This document shows positions 55,817 through 64,000 of a stretch of DNA of 64,000 nucleotides, in pieces. How positions within the stretch are numbered: position 1 is the first letter of the stretch; every line of letters starts with the position of its first letter. The translations under genes were made by a program, and so were the position numbers. This stretch comes from Eledone cirrhosa (taxonomy: Eukaryota): assembly GCA_964016885.1 (NCBI GenBank), contig OZ024750.1:43214001-43278000 (forward strand), in the 5' to 3' direction. A model generated the notes under the pieces. That model saw only the letters and a list, made by a program, of their open reading frames with translations, did not search any database and was not told the origin of the DNA.

Positions 55817-55905
<89 letters not shown>

Positions 55906-55912
55906 TAAATAT
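55817..55912. repeat. (TA)n/(TAAA)n, right flank of the PLE pair
   Basis: Direct reading. Confidence 0.97.
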
Positions 55913-56055
55913 ACACGGGTGGGTATGATTGTGTATAGAAGATTATATTAATAAAAGGAATTCCAACTTTGTCTGATTTACTCGTTTTATTTACAATCTT
56001 TTAAAATTATAATGATATTATAATGAAATAGTATGGTAGATTATTAAATGTTAAT

Positions 56056-56094
56056 TGAACAAGTACTTTCATGCTTTCGCAATCTTCAGGTTCA
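56056..56094 (-). ncRNA. Minimal type I hammerhead ribozyme motif (39 nt)
   Basis: Minus strand: TGAAC-CTGAAGA-t-TGC-gaaa-GCA-t-GAA-AGTACT-T-GTTCA. Palindromic stem III; CUU site. Confidence 0.8.
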
Positions 56095-56106
56095 TATTCA
56101 GTGGTG

Positions 56107-56182
<76 letters not shown>
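56107..56182. repeat. (CA)n(TA)n compound microsatellite
   Basis: Direct reading. Confidence 0.95.
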
Positions 56183-56183
<1 letters not shown>

Positions 56184-56223
56184 ATATATTAATAAATGGA
56201 AACTATATTTATAAAACCATATT

Positions 56224-56289
56224 TATTTTATTATACATATTTCAAAGGCAACCAAGGTAAATTATGGTGCGCTTTCATCAGATAAAATA
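56224..56289 (-). ncRNA. Type I hammerhead ribozyme motif
   Basis: Minus strand: TATTTTAT-CTGATGA-AAGcGCACCA...TGGTTGCCTT-t-GAA-ATATGTAT-A-ATAAAATA. Stem I extends with ATTTATAAACCA/TGGTTTTATAAAT. Confidence 0.8.
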
Positions 56290-56544
56290 CAGATTTGGTT
56301 TATAAATAAATATTGACATACCCGGAAAAAAAAGACAACCTTAACAGTTGGAGCTTCCTGGATAGTGTATTTACTCCACTAAACTGTTGAGTGCTTTATA
56401 TAAGTTATAACATTTTTAAGCTTGTTGAATCCCACCAAATTAAATATAACCTCTGCATGCATATATATATATATATATATATATAGTATATAAATAGTAT
56501 ATATATAAACAAACAAAAAAGGGGATTCTTTGATCATATATTTT

Positions 56545-56761
56545 AATCTTCTCTTTCCCATGTTCTTCACCTTTCTCTTTTTCTTTCTCCCATTCCCCCT
56601 CCCTTTCTTTCTCTCTCATCTCTTTCTCTGCGCCCTCCTTCTCGCTATCTCTGTTTTTCTTCTCCCCTCTCTTTCCTTTCTCCTGTTTAACCCTCTCTGT
56701 CTCTCTCTGTCTGTATCTCTCTCTCTTTCCTCTCCTCTCTCTTTGCTTTCTCCTCTTCCTC
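56545..56761. repeat. Polypyrimidine (CT)-rich low-complexity tract
   Basis: Direct reading. Confidence 0.85.
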
Positions 56762-56784
56762 ATACCAAATGAGTAAAATGAGGA

Positions 56785-57459
56785 ATAACAACAACAACAA
56801 CAACAGTAGCAACAACAGTACCAGCAACAACAGCAACAACAACAGTAACAAGAAGAAGAAGAAGAAGAACAACAACATCCATAACAGTAGCAACAACAGT
56901 AGCAGCAACAACAACACTAGTAACAACAACAACAACAGTAGCAACAACAGCAACAGCAGCAACAACAACAACAGTAGTAACAACAGTAGCAACAACAACA
57001 ACAACAACAGCAACAACAGTAGCAACAACAACAACAGTAGCAACAGCAACAACAACAACAGCAACAACAACAGCAACAGCAACACCACCACCACCAACAA
57101 CAACAACAACAACACCATCTCCACCACCATCACCCCCACCACCGCCACCACCATCACCACCACCACCACCAACAACAGCAACACCACCATCACCACCACC
57201 ACCACCACCACTAACAACAACAACAACACCACCTCCACCACCATCACCACCACCACCACCACCACCATCACCACCACCACCACCAACAACAACAACACCA
57301 CCATCACCATCACCACCACCACCACTAACAACAACAAAAACAACACCACCTCCCCCACCATCACCACCACCACCACCACCATCACCACCACCACCACCAC
57401 CACCACCACCACCACCACCACCACCACCACCACCACCACCACCACCACCACCACCAACA
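56785..57459. repeat. Compound trinucleotide repeat, (AAC/AGC/AGT)n grading into (ACC/ATC)n
   Basis: Direct reading; accounts for the poly-N/S/T and poly-L/V ORFs. Confidence 0.95.
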
Positions 57460-57893
57460 GTAAAAACTGAATTGTAAAGCTCAAATAAACAAAAGAGGAT
57501 TGTATTTTTTCCAAACTAATATGAGGTGTAGATGTAAGTAGAATATTATTTTCATATTTAGAATGAAAGGAACTTTTCATTATGAAAAACAAAACAAAAA
57601 CAATACAAAACTAAACCACAACAACAACAGCAACAACAACAAATAGCACTGGAATAGGAGTCAGTCTTTAAGTTGTAATGTGAAATCAGTTAAAAACTAT
57701 AATTTCGAAATTTCTTACAGAACAAGAAAAATCAATTATGAGACGCTAACCATTTTTCTTGCTCTTTTTCAATTGAAATACAAGAAAAATGGTTAAAAAA
57801 TCGCAATCCTTCTAAGATGGAGATAAAAATTTACAATTCTAGAATTTGTTTACTGAAAGCAAGAAGGAAATTGTGAAAACGTTGACGGTATAA

Positions 57894-58015
57894 GTGCAGA
57901 CATGGTGGTGTGGTTACATAGTTATAGGAGCACCTTAATGGTTCCAGGTTCGATCTTACTGAATGGCATCTTAGGTAAATTGTCTTCTTGCCTATCATTC
58001 AGTTTATTAAAGACT
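57894..58015 (+). mobile_element. Degenerate tRNA-derived SINE fragment (different family)
   Basis: A-box-like TGGTGGTGTGGTTA and B-box GGTTCGATCT, followed by GGCATCTTAGGTAAATTGTCTTCT. Confidence 0.55.
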
Positions 58016-58032
58016 TGTAAATAAAATATATA

Positions 58033-61000
58033 GGCGGCGAATTGGCAGAGTCGTTAGAACGTCGCATAGAATGGTAGAGTGGTTAGAACGTCAGATAGAA
58101 TGGCAGAGTCGTTAGAACGTCGCATAGAATGGCAGAGTCGTTAGAACGTCAGATAGAATGGCAGAGTCGTTAGAACGTTAGATAGAATGGCAGAGTCGCT
58201 AGAACGTCAGATAGAATGGCAGAGTCGTTAGAACGTCGCATAGAATGGCAGAGTCGTTAGAACGTCAGATAGAATGGCAGAGTCGTTAGAACGTCGCATA
58301 GAATGGCAGAGTCGTTAGAACGTCAGATAGAATGGCAGAGTCGTTAAAACGTCGCATAGAATGGCAGAGTCGTTAGAACGTCGCATAGAATAGCAGAGTC
58401 GTTAGAACATCAGATAGAATGGCAGAGTCGTTAGAACGTCAGATAGAATGGCAGAGTCGTTAGAACGTCGCATAGAATGGTAGAGTGGTTAGAACGTCAG
58501 ATAGAATGGCAGAGTCATTAGAACGTCGCATAGAATGGCAGAGTCGTTAGAACGTCAGATAGAATGGCAGAGTGGTTAGAACGTCAGATAGAATGGCAGA
58601 GTCGTTAGAACGTCGCATAGAATGACAGAGTAGTAAGAACGTCAGATAGAATGGCAGAGTCGTTAGAACGTCAGATAGAATGGCAGAGTCGTTAGAACGT
58701 CAGATAGAATGGCAGAGTCGTTAGAACGTCGCATAGAATGGCAGAGTCGTTAGAACGTCGCATAGAATGGCAGAGTGGTTAGAACGTCAGATAGAATGGT
58801 AGAGTCGTTAGAACGTCGCATAGAATGGTAGAGTGGTTAGAACGTCAGAGTCGTTAGAACGTCGCATAGAATGGCAGAGTCGTTAGAACGTCAGATAGAA
58901 TGGCAGAGTGGTTAGAACGTCAGATAGAATGGCAGAGTCGTTAGAACATTGCATAGAATGGCAGAGTCGTTAGAACGTCAGAGTCGTTAGAATGTCGCAT
59001 AGAATGGCAGAGTCGTTAGAACGTCAGATAGAATGGCAGAGTCGTTAGAACGTCGCATAGAATGGCAGAGTCGTTAGAACGTCAGATAGAATGGCAGAGT
59101 CGTTAGAACGTCGCATAGAATGGCAGAGTCATTAGAACGTCAGATAGAATGGCAGAGTCGTTAGAACGTCAGATAGAATGGCAGAGTCGTTAGAACGTCA
59201 GATAGAATGGCAGAGTCGTTAGAACGTCGCATAGAATGGCAGAGTCGTTAGAACGTCAGATAGAATGGCAGAGTCGTTAGAACGTCGCATAGAATGGCAG
59301 AGTCATTAGAACGTCAGATAGAATGGCAGAGTCGTTAGAACGTCAGATAGAATGGCAGAGTCGTTAGAACGTTGCATAGAATGGCAGAGTCGTTAGAACG
59401 TCAGAGTCGTTAGAACGTCGTATAGAATGGCAGAGTCGTTAGAACGTCAGATAGAATGGCACAGTCGTTAGAACGTCGCATAGAATGGCAGAGTCGTTAG
59501 AACGTCGCATAGAATGGCAGAGTCGTTAGAACGTCAGATAGAATGGCAGAGTCGTTAGAACGTCAGATAGAATGGCACAGTCGTTAGAACGTCGCATAGA
59601 ATGGCAGAGTCGTTAGAACGTCGCATAGAATAGCAGAGTCGTTAGAACATCAGATAGAATGGCAGAGTCGTTAGAACGTCAGATAGAATGGCAGAGTCGT
59701 TAGAACGTCCCATAGAATGGTAGAGTGGTTAGAACGTCAGATAGAATGGCAGAGTGGTTAGAACGTCAGAAAGAATGACAGAGTCGTTAGAACGTCGCAT
59801 AGAATGGCAGAGTAGTTAGAACGTCAGACAGAATGGCACAGTCGTTAGAACGTCAGATAGAATGGCAGAGTCGTTAGAACGTTGCATAGAATGGCAGAGT
59901 CGTTAGAACGTCAGAGTCGTTAGAACGTCGCATAGAATGGCAGAGTCGTTAGAACGTCAGATAGAATGGCAGAGTGGTTAGAACGTCAGATAGAATGGCA
60001 GAGTCGTTAGAACGTTGCATAGAATGGCAGAGTCGTTAGAACGTCACAGTCGTTAGAACGTCGCATAGAATGGCAGAGTCGTTAGAACATCAGATAGAAT
60101 GGCAGAGTCGTTAGAACGTCGCATAGAATGGCAGAGTCGTTAGAACGTCGCATAGAATGGCAGAGTCGTTAGAACGTCAGAGTCGTTAGAACGTCGCATA
60201 GAATGGCAGAGTCGTTAGAACGTCAGATAGAATGGCAGAGTCGTTAGAACGTCAGATAGAATGGCAGAGTCGTTAGAACGTCGCATAGAATGGCAGAGTC
60301 GTTAGAACGTCAGAGTCGTTAGAACGTCGCATAGAATGGCAGAGTAGTTAGAACGTCAGACAGAATGGCACAGTCGTTAGAACGTCAGATAGAATGGCAG
60401 AGTCGTTAGAACGTTGCATAGAATGGCAGAGTCGTTAGAACGTCAGAGTCGTTAGAACGTCGCATAGAATGGCAGAGTCGTTAGAACGTCAGATAGAATG
60501 GCAGAGTGGTTAGAACGTCAGATAGAATGGCAGAGTCGTTAGAACGTTGCATAGAATGGCAGAGTCGTTAGAACGTCACAGTCGTTAGAACGTCGCATAG
60601 AATGGCAGAGTCGTTAGAACATCAGATAGAATGGCAGAGTCGTTAGAACGTCGCATAGAATGGCAGAGTCGTTAGAACGTCGCATAGAATGGCAGAGTCG
60701 TTAGAACGTCAGAGTCGTTAGAACGTCGCATAGAATGGCAGAGTCGTTAGAACGTCAGATAGAATGGCAGAGTCGTTAGAACGTCAGATAGAATGGCAGA
60801 GTCGTTAGAACGTCGCATAGAATGGCAGAGTCGTTAGAACGTCAGAGTCGTTAGAACGTCGCATAGAATGGCAGAGTCGTTAGAACGTCAGATAGAATGG
60901 CAGAGTCGTTAGAACGTCAGATAGAATGGCAGAGTGGTTAGAACGTCAGATAGAATGGCAGAGTCGTTAGAACGTCGCATAGAATGGCAGAGTGGTTAGA

Positions 61001-61772
61001 ACGTCAGATAGAATGGCAGAGTCGTTAGAACGTTGCATAGAATGGCAGAGTCGTTAGAACGTCAGAGTCGTTAGAACGTCAGAGTCGTTAGAACGTCGCA
61101 TAGAATGGCAGAGCCGTTAGAACGTCAGATAGAATGGCACAGTCGTTAGAGCGTCGCATAGAATGGCAGAGTCGTTAGAACGTCGCATAGAATGGCAGAG
61201 TCGTTAGAACGTCAGATAGAATGGCAGAGTCGTTAGAACGTCAGATAGAATGGCAGAGTCGTTAGAACGTCAGAGTCGTTAGAACGTCGCATAGAATGGC
61301 AGAGTCGTTAGAACGTCAGATAGAATGGCAGAGTCGTTAGAACGTCGCATAGAATGGCAGAGTCGTTAGAACGTCAGATAGAATGGCAGAGTCGTTAGAA
61401 CGTCGCATAGAATTGCAGAGTCGTTAGAACGTCAGATAGAATGGCAGAGTCGTTAGAACGTCGCATAGAATGGCAGAGTCGTTAGAACGTCAGATAGAAT
61501 GGCAGAGTCGTTAGAACGTCGCATAGAATGGCAGAGTCGTTAGAACGTCAGATAGAATGGTAGAGTCGTTAGAACGTCAGATAGAATGGCAGAGTCGTTA
61601 GAACGTCAGATAGAATGGCAGATTCGTTAGAACGTCGCATAGAATGCTTTATGGTATTTGTTCAAGATCTCTGCTATCTGAGTTCAAATCCCGCCGAGGT
61701 CAACTTTGCCTTTCGAACTTTCGAGGTCGATAAAAAAGTACGAGTCTAGTACTGGGGTCGATTTAATCAACT
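58033..61772 (+). mobile_element. SINE of the same family as 51205-51390, interrupted by internal tandem expansion
   Basis: 5' GGCGGCGAATTGGCAG at 58033. The body resumes at ~61645 with ATGCTTT...CTGAGTTCAAATCCCGCCGAGGTCAACTTTGCCTTTC...GGTCGATAAAAAAGTAC...ACTGGGGTCGAT. Confidence 0.88.
58043..61645 (+). repeat. 29-bp minisatellite TGGCAGAGTCGTTAGAACGTC[AG/GC]ATAGAA, ~125-130 units including 17-bp deletion units
   Basis: Direct tandem reading; no unique spacers. Confidence 0.97.
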
Positions 61773-61902
61773 TTCTCATCTCCTCTCTCTTTATCCCTCC
61801 ATATATATATATATACAGCATATATATGGAGGGATAAACTATATATATATATATATAGTGACGAAACATAAGTCAATTGCATGAACTCATAATCCTTTAT
61901 TT

Positions 61903-61958
61903 ACTGCTATATATATTTCGATGATAGCCATTGAATGGCTATTACCTCATCAGGCAGT
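61903..61958 (-). ncRNA. Type I hammerhead ribozyme motif
   Basis: Minus strand: ACTGC-CTGATGA-GGTaATAGCCATT-c-AATGGCTATcATC-GAA-ATATATAT-A-GCAGT. Confidence 0.8.
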
Positions 61959-62038
61959 TAGTCAGTTCTTAGATATGCCAGCTCTGTGTGTATAGTTGAT
62001 GGTATCAGAGCCTTAGGACATATGAGCTTGTATATGAG

Positions 62039-62050
62039 CTCTCTCTCTCT

Positions 62051-62134
<84 letters not shown>
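62039..62134. repeat. (CT)n(AT)n compound microsatellite
   Basis: Direct reading. Confidence 0.95.
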
Positions 62135-62139
<5 letters not shown>

Positions 62140-62161
62140 TGTAATAAACAACATAAGATAA

Positions 62162-62230
62162 TTATTTCATTTACCAGTGGTTTCTTGAAGACAGATATTT
62201 ATACCTGTCTTCAGTCGTCAGAAAGAATAA
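62162..62230 (-). ncRNA. Mirror hammerhead motif on the opposite arm of the palindrome
   Basis: Minus strand: TTATTCTTT-CTGACGA-CTGAAGACAG...CTGTCTTCAA-GAAACCACTGGTA-AATGAAATAA. Confidence 0.7.
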
Positions 62231-62244
62231 ATAACATGGTGTGT

Positions 62245-62313
62245 TTATTCGTTCTGACGACTGAAGACAGATATTTATATCTGTCTTCAAGAAACCACTG
62301 GTAAATGAAATAA
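62245..62313 (+). ncRNA. Type I hammerhead ribozyme motif
   Basis: TTATTCGTT-CTGACGA(62254-60)-c-TGAAGACAGATAT/ATATCTGTCTTCA-a-GAAAC-CACTG-GTA-AATGAAATAA. Confidence 0.78.
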
Positions 62314-62612
62314 TTATCTTATGATGTTTATTACATAACTAAAAAGCTCTGTAGCCTACATAGAGCACTCTCTTTTCCTTTACCTTTCCTACGGAAATAC
62401 TTCATTTATATATATTTATATATATATATATATATATGAAGTAATTCCGTCGGAAAAGTCCAGGAAAAAAGAGTACTCTATGTAGGTAACAGAGCTTAAT
62501 AGTTATGTAATAATTGCCTTATGTTGTTTATTACATAACTATATATATATATATATGTAGACTGAACACTTTCTTGTTGACAAGTGTTTTTAGGCCTCAT
62601 ATCATGTTACCT

Positions 62613-62682
62613 TATTTTATCTGATGAGAACACAATTTTTGTCCCAGGATGATGTTGTTTTCGAAATGCACATAATAAAATA
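62613..62682 (+). ncRNA. Type I hammerhead ribozyme motif
   Basis: TATTTTAT-CTGATGA(62621-27)-GAAcACAAT...GTTGTtTTC-GAA-ATGCACAT-A-ATAAAATA. Same stem I as 56224-56289. Confidence 0.8.
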
Positions 62683-62685
62683 TAT

Positions 62686-62712
62686 GTACCAGTCTAGTAC
62701 TGGGGGTCGATT
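62686..62712 (+). mobile_element. Short fragment of the SINE 3' part
   Basis: GTACCAGTCTAGTACTGGGGGTCGATT matches 61738-61763. Confidence 0.55.
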
Positions 62713-63127
62713 CTTCCGCTATAGCTCTTTCTCTCATTCATTCTCCCACTCTATCTTTCTTTGGAAGAAATCTGTTGTACTCACCTCTGAAGAGGAGATG
62801 GGTTTCCCCAGGCTTAAAATGTCCAAGAAACGCCTTATGTTCAATACAGCCCCCCCCCCCTTCGTCTCAATCAGAAGTTACAGGACCATACATACATACA
62901 AATAAATAAAATATTACTAGATGAAAACAGTGTGGAAGCTGTTCTTCCTTTTTCAAGATGGCTGACTAACAACAGAACGTGCTACCTCTTCTATCAACTC
63001 TTTCTTCGTTTTTATTTTTACCCCCCGACTGTCTGAAACGTTAAAACTGTTTCCTATAACAAGCGTTAAACTTATATACCATCATTTTATTGAATTGTTT
63101 TCCTGTGTTATTTTTCCTTGACCGTTT

Positions 63128-63172
<45 letters not shown>

Positions 63173-63180
63173 ATATATAT

Positions 63181-63263
63181 AGTTTTAATATAGAAGAGCT
63201 TCGACAGGACTAGAACTGTTTCATTCATGAGAAATCACCAGGAAGCTCTTCTATATTAAAACT
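63181..63263 (-). ncRNA. Type I hammerhead with 22-bp perfect stem I and a core variant (CUGGUGA), within a TA-flanked insert 63181-63330
   Basis: Minus strand: AGTTTTAATATAGAAGAGCTTC-CTGGTGA-t-TTC-tcat-GAA-t-GAA-ACAG-ttctagtc-CTGT-C-GAAGCTCTTCTATATTAAAACT. Confidence 0.75.
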
Positions 63264-63435
63264 TTATACTCTGCTATGTATTGAGTACCTTACTTACTGT
63301 GGTTACCTCCGATTCAACCCGGAATAACTTATATATATATATATATAAATAATTAGTATATCTACCAACATATATATACAGATGTATACCTATGCAAGCA
63401 AATATATAGGTTTTCTTATTTTCTTATTTTACGTT

Positions 63436-63439
<4 letters not shown>

Positions 63440-63524
<85 letters not shown>

Positions 63525-63542
63525 TATATATATATATATATA
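63440..63542. repeat. (TA)n microsatellite
   Basis: Direct reading. Confidence 0.95.
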
Positions 63543-63854
63543 ATAGTAGAACACTGGAGGGTTATATCCGTAGTAGTAGAACACTCAGTCCATGGGACGA
63601 GTTTTGTAGAAGTAGTTCCACAACAGTTAGTTCACCATACCGAGAACAAATGTTTCACCTTATCCGGATCCTCAGCTAACTTAGTTACGTGTGTAACAAC
63701 AGTTACAGGCGGCGCGCAGTTGGAAGCACTCGATACGGTTGCGAGGTCCGTTTCGTTTGGGCTGTACACCAATTAGTAGAGTGTAAATAGATATAGAAGA
63801 GTCGAAGTCAGTGTTGCAGCATATGTACAAACTTTATTGGCATATTACAGTAGT

Positions 63855-63995
63855 TTCGATATCGATCAGCTCTGGGTATCAGCAAGGTGAGTTTAAATAT
63901 ATGTCTTTGCATATATAAGCTCGCATATCTGATGAGATGTCGAAAAAATCGGACCCCGGTCAACTTGATTGTACCCTGAGTTGATCGATATCGAA
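63855..63995. other. Long stem-loop enclosing CTGATGA-gatgtc-GAAA
   Basis: TTCGATATCGATCAGCTCTGGGTA pairs with TACCCTGAGTTGATCGATATCGAA (2 differences between the arms). Confidence 0.6.
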
Positions 63996-64000
63996 CGATT

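Larger units (their letters stand above)
53913..55820 (+). mobile_element. Penelope-like retroelement, 5'-truncated, right (inverted) copy
   Basis: Inverted duplicate of 51842-53748; ends in (TA)n. Confidence 0.93.
62135..62540. mobile_element. Nested palindromic insert: 206-bp hairpin 62135-62340, a second imperfect inverted repeat around a TA spacer, and a terminal inverted copy
   Basis: AGTTATGTAATAAACA... / ...TGTTTATTACATAACT. 62331-62405 mirrors 62436-62510. 62518-62540 is the reverse complement of 62135-62157. Confidence 0.8.

Noticed and set aside
56379-57592. Poly-N/S/T, poly-L/V and KE/RE-rich ORFs
   Set aside because: They are translations of trinucleotide and CT repeats with no domain content.
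58043-61645. CRISPR-like array (29-bp repeat)
   Set aside because: Units are head-to-tail with no unique spacers, there are no cas genes, and the unit derives from a SINE head.
62787-62850. CTGAAGA...GAAAC hammerhead candidate
   Set aside because: Stem II is plausible but there is no convincing stem I next to an NUH; at best a decayed copy.

Overview
Eukaryotic, gene-free, repeat-dominated window. It is probably cephalopod (octopus-like), inferred from the tRNA-derived SINEs and the dense (TA)n tracts. Bases 1-~48.4 kb are one CA-rich 36/38-bp satellite array with zonal higher-order repeats. The last ~15 kb holds microsatellites separating short inserts. It contains a 4-kb head-to-head fold-back pair of a 5'-truncated Penelope-like retroelement (RT + C-terminal GIY-YIG), an intact SINE with a 17-bp TSD, and a second SINE copy whose Pol III A-box segment expanded into a 3.6-kb 29-bp minisatellite. 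The most notable signal is a dense cluster of minimal type I hammerhead ribozyme motifs on both strands (about 8 well-formed, plus weaker ones). They sit in short microsatellite-flanked, often palindromic inserts, consistent with retrozyme-like or PLE-LTR-derived elements. All folds were made by eye and none is tested for cleavage. The ORF track lists 52369..53790 as '+', but that peptide is encoded on the minus strand. All non-PLE ORFs look like low-complexity or antisense artefacts.
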